NCBI RefSeq assembly: GCF_000223395.1
Contig: NC_015931.1
Span: 1,740,001 to 1,772,000 of the forward strand
Length of the DNA: 32,000 nucleotides
DNA from: Pyrolobus fumarii 1A
GTDB lineage: Archaea > Thermoproteota > Thermoprotei_A > Sulfolobales > Pyrodictiaceae
Direction of reading: 5' to 3'
Shown here: piece by piece, positions 24,595 to 32,000 of the stretch
Numbering within the stretch: position 1 is the stretch's first letter
How the letters are laid out: each line of letters starts with the position of its first letter
Program-made: the position numbers and the translations under genes
The notes under the pieces: model-generated
Seen by the model: the letters and a program-made list of their open reading frames with translations, nothing else
Told to the model about the DNA's origin: nothing
The model's database searches: none

Positions 24595-25323
24595 TTGCCG
24601 CGCGAGAAGGTAGAGAGGCGCGGCGAGTACAAGGTCGTCGTTTACGATGAGGCTAGGTGGAGGCTGCTGAGGGCGCTTAGGGACGAAGCTAGGAGGATCA
24701 TGGAGGCCCTTGCGTCTATGGGGCTACAATCTATAGTCCACGGTAGCGTAGCGAGAGGCGACGTTAAGCCCACGAGCGATATCGACGTCTTTATACCCTA
24801 CCCGGTGCCCTCGTACCGGGTTGAGCTCGCGCTCGAGAGAGCAGGGTTCAGCATATACAAGCGGGTGGTCGTTCAGGCAACGCCGAGCTCCACCCCTAAG
24901 GCTTATCTTGTTCTCGACGAGGAGGAGCGGCGTAGCGTCTCCTTCCCTCTGGGCAAGCTGGGCAAGACCGAGTACGAGTTCTACTATTTCGGCGGCGCGT
25001 TGGACCTCGATGGTTTAAAGAGTGGCAAGAGAGTGCCCGGCGTGGATAAGCGCCTGGTGCTTATCGAGCCTACGCCGGAGGGGCACAGAGAGTCCCCCGT
25101 GATAGGCAGAGAGGCTGAGGTCGCAAAGATAGTCGGGGTTAGCCTGGAGACGGTGATGGAAAGGGTACGCGTATTGACTAGGCGTGATGAGCACGGCCGC
25201 ACCGGGGTATTCGTTAAGCTCGAGGTGCCTCCGGGCGAGGAGATAGAGGACTATGTGAGACGCTACGCTGCACGTAACCCTCTTCTGCGCCGCGTGCTCG
25301 AAGAGAGGAGTATGATAGTCTAG
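24595..25323 (+). CDS. Pol-beta-superfamily nucleotidyltransferase domain protein
   Basis: HGSVARGDVKPTSDIDVFIP is the hG[GS]x9-13DhD NTase motif. About 150 aa of unassigned C-terminal region follow. TTG start lies 12 nt after the PHP stop, with GAGGGTGG upstream. Confidence 0.7.
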   Translation: MPREKVERRGEYKVVVYDEARWRLLRALRDEARRIMEALASMGLQSIVHGSVARGDVKPTSDIDVFIPYPVPSYRVELALERAGFSIYKRVVVQATPSSTPKAYLVLDEEERRSVSFPLGKLGKTEYEFYYFGGALDLDGLKSGKRVPGVDKRLVLIEPTPEGHRESPVIGREAEVAKIVGVSLETVMERVRVLTRRDEHGRTGVFVKLEVPPGEEIEDYVRRYAARNPLLRRVLEERSMIV

Positions 25324-25422
25324 CGAGTATGCCTCCACGAGCTTGAAGCGTCGCCTCGTCTTTCAAGCCGCGTACACGCCTATCAAGGGGCTCGCCGGTG
25401 TGTCAGCTCCACGGGCTCCCTG

Positions 25423-26460
25423 GTGGCTAGAGAGTATATCCACGTTGAGAACGTGTACGCCTATACTGGCGTGTTACCAGGCGGGTGCCAACTCTGTCTT
25501 CGTGGCGAAAAGATGGTTGTATTCGTGACTGGATTGTGTAACATGCGCTGTTTCTACTGCCCCGTGTCACCTAAACGACTTGGTCGCGACGTGGTATACG
25601 TTGATGAGGAGAGAGCGCGCAGCCTAGAGGATGTCGTGCTCGAAGCTTTTAGGGTAGGAGCCCGCGGCGCGTCTATCACCGGTGGCGAGCCCCTAATTGT
25701 TCTAAAGCGTGTCACGTCCATAGTGAAGCGTTTGAAAGAAGCTATGGGCAGCGACTTCCACATACACCTCTATACTAGTGGGCATGGCCTCACCGCCACG
25801 ACTGTGCGCATCCTCGAGGAAGCTGGGCTGGACGAGCTTCGCATACATCCCGTGGAGGATGACATGTGGCGTGTGGTTGAAGTGGCTGTTAAGGCTCGTA
25901 GACGGATGAGCGTCGGTGTAGAAATCCCGGTGTTTCCCGATCGTGTTGAGGAGTTGAAGAGGAGGATAAAGTGGTTGGAGGAGATAGGGGCCGACTTCAT
26001 AAACCTCAATGAGGTCGAGGTGACGCCACATACGCTTGAGTCTATCGTCGTGCGTGGGTATAGGGTTAGGGGCTACGTGGTGGAGGGTAGCTACGAGGCT
26101 GGCCTCGAAATCGTAAAGTGGGCTGCAAGGGAGCTTAGGAGGATAACAGTGCACTTCTGTCCCGCGCTTTACAAGGATAGAGTGCAGCATAGGAATAGGT
26201 TGATCCGGAAGGCTGTGCGCGTGGCGGCACACTACGAGGAACCAACCGAGAGAGGCACGCTTACCCACATAGAGGCGATTTGTACACCGGAGACACTCAG
26301 GCTTGTCGAGGAGGGGTATGGAGTAAAGCATAGCGACAAGTGTCTCCTACACCCCAGTGTCGCCGAGGAGTTGAAGAAGCTGGGGGCTAAAGCATGGCTT
26401 GTAGAGACGTACCCCGATTCCGAGAGGACTCTCGTCTCCCGACAACCTCTCTCCTCATAA
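25423..26460 (+). CDS. Radical SAM protein (COG2108-like, PFL-activase related)
   Basis: CNMRCFYCP is the CxxxCxxC cluster motif. ITGGEPL is the SAM-binding motif. 345 aa, GTG start. Confidence 0.85.
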   Translation: MAREYIHVENVYAYTGVLPGGCQLCLRGEKMVVFVTGLCNMRCFYCPVSPKRLGRDVVYVDEERARSLEDVVLEAFRVGARGASITGGEPLIVLKRVTSIVKRLKEAMGSDFHIHLYTSGHGLTATTVRILEEAGLDELRIHPVEDDMWRVVEVAVKARRRMSVGVEIPVFPDRVEELKRRIKWLEEIGADFINLNEVEVTPHTLESIVVRGYRVRGYVVEGSYEAGLEIVKWAARELRRITVHFCPALYKDRVQHRNRLIRKAVRVAAHYEEPTERGTLTHIEAICTPETLRLVEEGYGVKHSDKCLLHPSVAEELKKLGAKAWLVETYPDSERTLVSRQPLSS

Positions 26461-26526
26461 CATACCCGGATCCACTACAATGCCATTGTTTAACCTCTGT
26501 GAGCCTATCATCGCCGAAGGGGTAGA

Positions 26527-26862
26527 GTGGTGAGTAAGCCATTATGGTTGGATGAAGAGAAGCTCGTGAAGCTTGTGAGGAGAGCGAGGGAGAGATGGCC
26601 TGATTTCGAGGTTCTCCGGATAGAGCAGAGGATGAGCAAGCAAGTGTTGATAGTCCAGGTGCAGGGGTATCGCCTCAAACTCATCATCTATCGTGACGGG
26701 CGTGTAAGGTGTTATGGTCCCCTGGAGGGCGCTACACTAGCCCTCAAGAGGATGGCGATGAGAGTGATCGGTGTAGACGAGCAGGTAGAGAGTGGTGAGG
26801 AGAGTAGTGGCTCCCCTGTTGGCAGAGCCGCGCCGCACAAGAGTGTGAGGCGTAGACGCTGA
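26527..26862 (+). CDS. Hypothetical protein with basic C-terminal tail (111 aa)
   Basis: GTG start preceded by AAGGGGT. Pattern YRLKLIIYRDGRVRCYGP, then an acidic-Ser stretch, then KSVRRRR. No family recognised. Confidence 0.5.
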   Translation: MVSKPLWLDEEKLVKLVRRARERWPDFEVLRIEQRMSKQVLIVQVQGYRLKLIIYRDGRVRCYGPLEGATLALKRMAMRVIGVDEQVESGEESSGSPVGRAAPHKSVRRRR

Positions 26863-26934
26863 GGGCTCGGCAACCTACCCTCCGCTCATCAATCGCCCCA
26901 TCGGGGTGTATCCTCACAGCCCAGTGAGGGCATT

Positions 26935-27025
26935 CCTCCCCACAGCCCCCGATAACGGTGCGCATCTAGAAGTTATACACTCGTTGTTCTCGATTATCGC
27001 CCAGTTACCGGGGGCTGTGGGGAGG
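26935..27025. repeat. Perfect 17-bp inverted repeat (CCTCCCCACAGCCCCCG / CGGGGGCTGTGGGGAGG) around an AT-richer 57-nt spacer
   Basis: Arms at 26935-26951 and 27009-27025, read directly. Extendable by ATAAC/GTTAC with one mismatch. It lies within a 263-nt non-coding gap. Confidence 0.9.
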
Positions 27026-27125
27026 CTCTGCCTGGATGAGGGCTCCCCTCGAGCCCCGTGATTGGTGCGAATCCCTCCGAGCCCCCTATACCCTCCGGGA
27101 GCCTCTAGAGTATGGCTAGGGGCTG

Positions 27126-28292
27126 ATGGTGACCGGCTACTGGGGTGTAGCAGAGCTACCGCTTCACGATGGTCACGTGCCGCGCTGGATGGCCGAGCGG
27201 ATGAAGAGGTTGTTGAGAGCCATTGTAGCCTTTATAGTGGAGGATAGGGGGCCGGGTTGGCTTGTCGAGAGGCTTGCTGATCCTCTCTGGTTCCAGGCGC
27301 TTAACAACGTGATAGGGATGGACTGGGATAGTTCGGGCTCTACGACGGTGCTAACGGGGCTGTTGAGACAGGTGACGGAGACTGGAGAGTTTGGCTTGAT
27401 GGTTGCTGGTGGTAAGGGTAGGAGGGCTCTAGAGACTCCAAGCGACCTCGAGGTTATCGGGGAGAAGCTTGGGCTTAGTAGCTCCAGGGTCGAGTATCTG
27501 AAGAGGGTTTCCAGGTTAGCCGCTGCCGCGGACTCTAGCCTGTTGCAGGATGGTTTCCAGCTCTACCACCACACCGTTATCGTTGCGGAAGATGGCTCAT
27601 GGACTATAGTTCAGCAGGGTATGAGCCTTGAGGAGCGTGTAGCTAGACGTTACCACGTATCGCACCGGGTTGTGCACGAGGGCGTTGAGACTCTGGAGCC
27701 TCACACGGGTGTGGTCTCGAGGCTCCGGAGGAGCGCAGTGCTAGACCTAACGTCGCGCGCCAGCCTTGAGGCGCGTCGGGTTATCGTGGATGTTGCTAGG
27801 GAGAAGCCGGAGAGGGTGCTGCGCCTCCTCCGAGAGGCTATAGCGGTGGCTAGGGGTGTCGTGCCCCTCACGAGCTTCTCTGGCGGCAAGCGTCCGTCCC
27901 AAACAGTCATCCGCTATTATCGTCCGTTGAAACCCCCGGATCCTAGACGCATCGAGCCCGTGCTACGCCGGGTTTACGAGCTACAACCGGATACCATTGA
28001 GGCGCTCGTGTCTATACGTGGCGTTGGCCCGGCCACTATACGCGCGTTAGCGCTCATCGCCGAGCTCGTCTATGGTTCCGAAGCTAGCCACGAGGATCCA
28101 GCCGTAACCGACCCGCTTCGCTACGCTTTCGCCGTGGGCGGTAAGGATGGGTACCCCTACCCCTTTGACGCCAAGACAGCCGAAGAGGCTGCAGCGGTTC
28201 TCGAGGAGGCTGTTGCTAAGGCGCGTATAGGTGACCGTGAGAAGCTCGAGGCGATAAGGAAGCTAAGGAGGCTGCTACGGCCCCCGGTCTAG
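27126..28292 (+). CDS. DUF763 (COG1415-like) conserved protein of unknown function with HhH motif
   Basis: N-terminus GVAELPLHDGHVPRWMAERMKRL matches the remembered DUF763 signature. Also MDWDSSGSTT and a helix-hairpin-helix-like IRGVGPATIRALALIAE. Confidence 0.65.
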   Translation: MVTGYWGVAELPLHDGHVPRWMAERMKRLLRAIVAFIVEDRGPGWLVERLADPLWFQALNNVIGMDWDSSGSTTVLTGLLRQVTETGEFGLMVAGGKGRRALETPSDLEVIGEKLGLSSSRVEYLKRVSRLAAAADSSLLQDGFQLYHHTVIVAEDGSWTIVQQGMSLEERVARRYHVSHRVVHEGVETLEPHTGVVSRLRRSAVLDLTSRASLEARRVIVDVAREKPERVLRLLREAIAVARGVVPLTSFSGGKRPSQTVIRYYRPLKPPDPRRIEPVLRRVYELQPDTIEALVSIRGVGPATIRALALIAELVYGSEASHEDPAVTDPLRYAFAVGGKDGYPYPFDAKTAEEAAAVLEEAVAKARIGDREKLEAIRKLRRLLRPPV

Positions 28293-28409
28293 ACCCCCAC
28301 CCTTCTCTTCACCCGTCGAGCGCCGTCCATTTCGTCAACCCGGGGGCTTCCCACCAGGTTTAACACTAGGCTGGGGGTTTGTGCATCCATACTGGCTGGT
28401 GGATACTGT

Positions 28410-29246
28410 ATGTGTAGGATGCTAGCCTTCTGGGCGAGGAGAGAGAATAGTGAGCTGCTAGAGCCTCTACTCAAGGCATTTGTAGACGCTTGTGGTAACG
28501 ATGAGTTTCTCGCGAGGGTGTCTGGGGGAGAGGTTAGATGCCATTGCGACGGGTGGGGGTATGCAGCGGTCTTCGCGAGTGATGGGGGCACACAAGTTGT
28601 TCACGAGAAGTTCTACGCGCCTAGCCGCGAGGAGCACTTAGGTAGCCTGGCACAGGCCACGAGGAGAATCATTAGCTTAGCCCGTGATAGTAGAGAGGTT
28701 GCCCTCGTACTGCATTGCAGGAAGGCTGGTAGAACCGAACCCGTAGGTATATCCCATGCCCACCCCTACCGCGAGGAGATCACATACTATGATATCTTCT
28801 TCGCGCATAATGGCAGCTTCCGCAAGGATGACATAGCCTTGATACTCGGGCTACCCTCGCAGCTGTACACCGACTCGGCACTGGGAGCTAAACTGTACGC
28901 CAGGCTCCTAGAGTCTGGCGGAGAGGCCCTTGACGCGCTCCGTAGGCTCGCTTTCTATACACGCACAGCATTCAACACCGTAGCCCTCCTCGTGGAGAGG
29001 ACCAGCGGCCAGACCACGATAACATACTCGGCGCTCACCTGCGCCGACGACCCCGCCAGGCTAGACTACTACGAGGCGTACATCTCCGCCAACCGCGACT
29101 ACTTCATCTACGCATCGTCCACCGTCGCACAGCACCCAGAGGCTCAGGTTGTAGAGTGGAGTAGGGTTAGGGGCAGAGCCGGGCGCATAGGCTTCTATGA
29201 GAGAGGGCTCCATATCACTCAGGTAGTGCGCTGCCCGCCCATCTAA
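28410..29246 (+). CDS. Class II (Ntn-type) glutamine amidotransferase, YafJ/COG0121-like
   Basis: MCRML places the nucleophile Cys2 right after Met. HCDGWGYA and FFAHNGS are typical of YafJ/EgtC-type GATases. Confidence 0.75.
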   Translation: MCRMLAFWARRENSELLEPLLKAFVDACGNDEFLARVSGGEVRCHCDGWGYAAVFASDGGTQVVHEKFYAPSREEHLGSLAQATRRIISLARDSREVALVLHCRKAGRTEPVGISHAHPYREEITYYDIFFAHNGSFRKDDIALILGLPSQLYTDSALGAKLYARLLESGGEALDALRRLAFYTRTAFNTVALLVERTSGQTTITYSALTCADDPARLDYYEAYISANRDYFIYASSTVAQHPEAQVVEWSRVRGRAGRIGFYERGLHITQVVRCPPI

Positions 29247-29314
29247 GCCTGGGTTATCCACTTTTATCGCGCTATGTTTTGTGAAACGCCCGTAAGGGCG
29301 GGGGTTCTCCCTAA

Positions 29315-30235
29315 TTGCCACTAGTTGTACGCAATCTCCACAAGAGGTATGGACGCGTTACTGCAGTGCAGGGTGTTAGCTTCGAGCTGCGCGAGGGTAG
29401 TGTGCTTGGCCTCGTGGGGCCGAATGGAGCAGGAAAAACAACGACGATCAAGAGTATACTTGGGTTTGTGAGGCCCCAGGCTGGCGAGATTCTCGTCGAT
29501 GGTCTTCCAGCGTGGAGTAGGGAGGCTAGGAGAAAGCTTGGTTATGTCCCGGAGTTGCCCGAGGCACCCCTGTGGCTTACCCCGCGCAGGCTCCTTGAGC
29601 TGCTAGCGGAGATGGAGGGGTTGCCGCGCACAGAGGCTAGGAGGGAGGCTGAGAGGGCGCTGGAGGAGCTGGGGCTCGTCGACCACGCGGATAAGAGGCT
29701 TGGGGCGTTGAGCAAGGGTCTGAGAAAGAGGGTTCTCATAGCACAGTCGCTCCTCAACATCGAGGCTAAGAGGTACATATTGATGGACGAGCCTATGTCG
29801 GGCTTGGATCCCGAGTGGGTATCGCGGCTTAGGGGCCTCATCCGGAGGCTTAGAGAGCAGGGCGTTGGCATCCTGGTCAGCAGCCATCTTCTTCGTGAGC
29901 TTGAGGGACTTGCCGACGAGGTTGTGATCATCTCGAGAGGTAGGGTCGTCTATAAGGGCGGATTAGAGGAGCTCGCGGCAAGGATGAAGGTAGGTGGTGT
30001 TGTTGAGGCTCGTGTTAGCGACGCTAGGCGTGTTGCCGAGGTTCTACGCTCCTCTGGTCTCGTTGAGAGGGTTGAGGTTGAGGGTGATGTTGTGAGAGCA
30101 TGGGTTGCGCGTGACGCCGACACTAGTAGCGTCGTGAAGCTAATCTACGATGCGGGCGTCAACGTCTTATCTGTTGAGGCAAAGCGCGTTAGCCTCGAGG
30201 ATGCTTATAGAAGGCTGGTTTCGGAGGCCCGATAG
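29315..30235 (+). CDS. ABC transporter ATP-binding protein (ABC-2 type) with C-terminal extension
   Basis: Walker A GPNGAGKTTT, signature LSKGLRKR, Walker B ILMDEPMSGLD, H-loop SSHLL. TTG start. Confidence 0.85.
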   Translation: MPLVVRNLHKRYGRVTAVQGVSFELREGSVLGLVGPNGAGKTTTIKSILGFVRPQAGEILVDGLPAWSREARRKLGYVPELPEAPLWLTPRRLLELLAEMEGLPRTEARREAERALEELGLVDHADKRLGALSKGLRKRVLIAQSLLNIEAKRYILMDEPMSGLDPEWVSRLRGLIRRLREQGVGILVSSHLLRELEGLADEVVIISRGRVVYKGGLEELAARMKVGGVVEARVSDARRVAEVLRSSGLVERVEVEGDVVRAWVARDADTSSVVKLIYDAGVNVLSVEAKRVSLEDAYRRLVSEAR

Positions 30236-30237
30236 CC

Positions 30238-31191
30238 ATGAGGGGGTTAACGCTACGCGGGTTGAAGAGCGTCGCAAAGTACGAGATAGCTAGGGAGTTG
30301 AGGAAGAGGAGCATCTATGTGCTTGTAGTGCTAGCCTTCTTGCCGATACCAGTGACGCTACTAGTGAAGAGCATGATTGGCCAAGAGATGCTAGAGACGG
30401 TCAAGAAGATTGCTCCGATACTCGGACTCGACCTTAGCCGCTTCTGGGCTGTCATGATGGGGTTTGAGAATCCACCTCCACAGCTTGCCCAGATCATGGC
30501 ATTGCTGCACGTCGCTAGCCTGGCGGGCATGGCTTGGCTCATCGCGATACTATACGGGGGCGACCTCTTTGCATCCGATATCAGAGACAAGGCTATACAT
30601 CTTCTACTCGTGAGGCCCATTACGCGCCTAGAGTACGTCGTAGCCAAGTTTGCTGTTGTGACGGGGCTACTCCTACTATTGTTCGAGGTGGCGGGGCTCG
30701 TGCTCTACACGTGCGCCTGGATACTGTTCGGAGAGCAAACGGGTCTCCATGAGGTCATAGGGTTCTCGGCGCTACTAGCCATTAGCATACTCCCTCTGCT
30801 ACTCACATCCGCCGCCATAGGCGCCGCAACACGCAACCCGCTACTCGGCATGCTGCTAGGCTTCGCAGTCTACTTCGCCTCGGGTATCATAGCAACAATC
30901 GCGGCATTAGCAATGGTGCCCGACGCACTCGCGACACCAGAGGGTCTCGCAAAGCTACAGGAGGTTGCATACTCCATTAACGCCGCTAACCCTTACGGCG
31001 CAGGCTCGATACTGGGCCAGGCACTGTACGCTATGATGCACCACGAGGGTAAGATACCTCTTGCGCTACCCGGCTTAACAGTAGAGATTGCTGCTGAGCC
31101 GCTAGCCGCCACAGCCTCGGTGACACTCATCATCTCGACTATCGCGTTCATAGTGTTAAACTGGGCTCTCGTAACACTAAGAGACCTCTAG
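30238..31191 (+). CDS. ABC-2 type transporter permease
   Basis: 317 aa with 6 or more hydrophobic helices. It starts 2 nt after the ATPase stop. Confidence 0.7.
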   Translation: MRGLTLRGLKSVAKYEIARELRKRSIYVLVVLAFLPIPVTLLVKSMIGQEMLETVKKIAPILGLDLSRFWAVMMGFENPPPQLAQIMALLHVASLAGMAWLIAILYGGDLFASDIRDKAIHLLLVRPITRLEYVVAKFAVVTGLLLLLFEVAGLVLYTCAWILFGEQTGLHEVIGFSALLAISILPLLLTSAAIGAATRNPLLGMLLGFAVYFASGIIATIAALAMVPDALATPEGLAKLQEVAYSINAANPYGAGSILGQALYAMMHHEGKIPLALPGLTVEIAAEPLAATASVTLIISTIAFIVLNWALVTLRDL

Positions 31192-31215
31192 GAGAAAGCA
31201 TAACATAATATTGCA

Positions 31216-31220
31216 TTTTT
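31216..31220 (+). terminator. Oligo-T tract after the ABC-2 operon
   Basis: A TTTTT run within an AT-rich stretch about 25 nt after the permease stop. The spacer is between convergent genes. Confidence 0.4.
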
Positions 31221-31309
31221 AAACTCGATATCTCAGCCTCTCACGCCCTGTAAAGGCCCTACACGCTGTCCACGGGCATCAGCATGGTAAACTCGAGAAG
31301 CGCGAGACT

Positions 31310-32000
31310 TCAACGTAGCCTCCTGTACCTCCTGGCTTTCTCTAACCACTTCTTCTCCTCCGTCGGAGTCGCATAGTGCAGGTGGAGTGGGTGACGTGGA
31401 GGTAGCCCCGCCTCCTTCGCTACCACCTCCTGCATCTCCATCCTCTCGCGTCCTCGTGGCGGTCTCTCGGTGACAACCAACACATCTACATCATGCGCCT
31501 GGTGGAGCTCCCCTCTAGCGACGCTACCGACCAGGTATACTCGCGCGTCGGGGTGGCGTGCTACTATCCTCTCGACGACGCGCGGCAGCCACCTATCAAC
31601 CTCCATGACGAGTTTCTCGCGCTGCATCAGCTCCTCGTCTATGTACTCTTTCAGCTTCTCGCCTGTCCTCACCAGACCCTCCATTATCGCGGTGTATAGG
31701 AAGACTACTACCGCGCCCACAATATACTCTGGGTGCGGCAAGCTGTTCGCGACGAGGATTATCGCTGAGGCTGTGCATACAGCTACGCCCAGGAGGGCTA
31801 GTACAGGGTTGGCGCGTGTGTATCTCCTGAGCCTATAGTTCGCCAGGTTGACAGCAGCGTATATGGTAAGGAATCCTAGGCTCCCTGCGATGCCGATAGC
31901 CTCCAGGGGGAGTGCAGCGACAGCAACAGCTGATGCTAGGCTTATGATAACCAGGCCCTCTGTCGCGCGCCCCCATACCCTCCTCCCGACTATTCTCGGT
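31310..32000 (-). CDS. Minimal nucleotidyltransferase (MNT-type) apparently fused to an N-terminal multi-TM region; 5' end outside the window
   Basis: NTase motif LVGSVARGELHQAHDVDVLVV. The same frame stays open upstream to the window edge and encodes at least 4 hydrophobic helices: LVIISLASAVAVAALPL, IGIAGSLGFLTIYAAV, VLALLGVAVCTASAIILV, IVGAVVVFLYTAIM. The first ATG/GTG/TTG in the window is TTG 31741. Internal ATGs (MEGLV, MQREK) are alternative starts. Confidence 0.6.
   Translation of the reverse strand, partial: PRIVGRRVWGRATEGLVIISLASAVAVAALPLEAIGIAGSLGFLTIYAAVNLANYRLRRYTRANPVLALLGVAVCTASAIILVANSLPHPEYIVGAVVVFLYTAIMEGLVRTGEKLKEYIDEELMQREKLVMEVDRWLPRVVERIVARHPDARVYLVGSVARGELHQAHDVDVLVVTERPPRGRERMEMQEVVAKEAGLPPRHPLHLHYATPTEEKKWLEKARRYRRLR

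Noticed and set aside
25423-26460. Radical SAM gene as QueE (7-carboxy-7-deazaguanine synthase), linking it to the TGT-like gene
   Set aside because: Its size (345 aa) and motif context (VTGLCNMRCFYCPVS) fit the COG2108/PFL-activase-like group rather than what I recall of QueE. No queC or queD is nearby. It is kept only as a remote possibility.
26880-26895. C-box-like TGATGA on the minus strand (plus-strand TCATCA at 26886-26891)
   Set aside because: There is no D box (CUGA) at an appropriate distance downstream on that strand, and no C'/D' pair.
14423-27020. Apparent enrichment of the octamer CACAGCCC or its complement (14423, 21257, 26915, 26941, 27013 inverted) near gene starts
   Set aside because: The related CCCCACAGCC also occurs inside the DHH coding region (about 1643). 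It is the complement of common GCT-GTG-GGG codon strings, so a codon-bias background cannot be excluded without genome-wide counts. Only the local triple occurrence at 26912-27025 is retained, under that finding.
27062-27085. T-arm-like string GGTGCGAATCCC, suggesting a tRNA, a tRNA fragment or an att site
   Set aside because: The flanking bases cannot form a T stem or an acceptor stem on either strand. There is no matching duplicated tRNA 3' half and no integrase in the window.
1-32000. Looked for CRISPR arrays, rRNA genes, IS elements or integrases, and larger direct repeats
   Set aside because: No regularly spaced repeats, no rRNA-like sequence and no transposase or integrase-like ORFs were seen. 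The only tandem repeat found is the 2 x 11 nt unit at 21333-21354.

Overview
GC-rich, tightly packed chromosomal segment. It reads as a hyperthermophilic crenarchaeon: aIF5B, ribosomal protein L35Ae, GHMP-type archaeal shikimate kinase, a tRNA with a 37/38 intron, TATA-like boxes about 25-40 nt upstream of start codons, and many GTG/TTG starts. I call 37 protein genes (one runs off the right edge) and 3 tRNAs, all with genomically encoded CCA. I see no rRNA, no CRISPR array, and no integrase or transposase.

Layout:
- 0.3-8.2 kb: RNase H-fold nuclease, DHH phosphoesterase, TrkH, ThiL, an AbrB-PhoU regulator, a head-to-head ABC-2 permease/ATPase pair, and a UPF0248 protein.
- 8.1-14.4 kb: complex I genes in the order nuoI-J-K-M-L-N on the minus strand.
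- 14.5-19.7 kb: two small unknown genes, aIF5B, an AEC transporter, aroK, tRNA-Pro, intron-containing tRNA-Met(CAU), an RHH protein and tRNA-Gln.
- 19.8-23.8 kb: a lone aconitase-family large subunit, a TGT-superfamily paralog, L35Ae, a wHTH-like protein and a SPOUT methyltransferase.
- 23.9-31.2 kb: eight co-directional genes (PHP, nucleotidyltransferase, radical SAM, small unknown, DUF763, Ntn amidotransferase, ABC-2 ATPase, ABC-2 permease).
- 31.3-32.0 kb: a nucleotidyltransferase that appears fused to an N-terminal multi-TM region.

Most worth a second look:
1. A cysteine-free, PUA-less TGT/DpdA-like protein (21370-22437).
2. Three perfect long-range inverted repeats of about 90 nt (13-18 bp GC-rich arms around 55-63 nt spacers) in non-coding gaps at 14780, 15274 and 26935.
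3. The block of conserved-unknown enzymes at 23.9-29.2 kb.
4. The membrane-anchored minimal nucleotidyltransferase at the right edge.

All family assignments come from reading the translations and recalling motifs. No database search was run.
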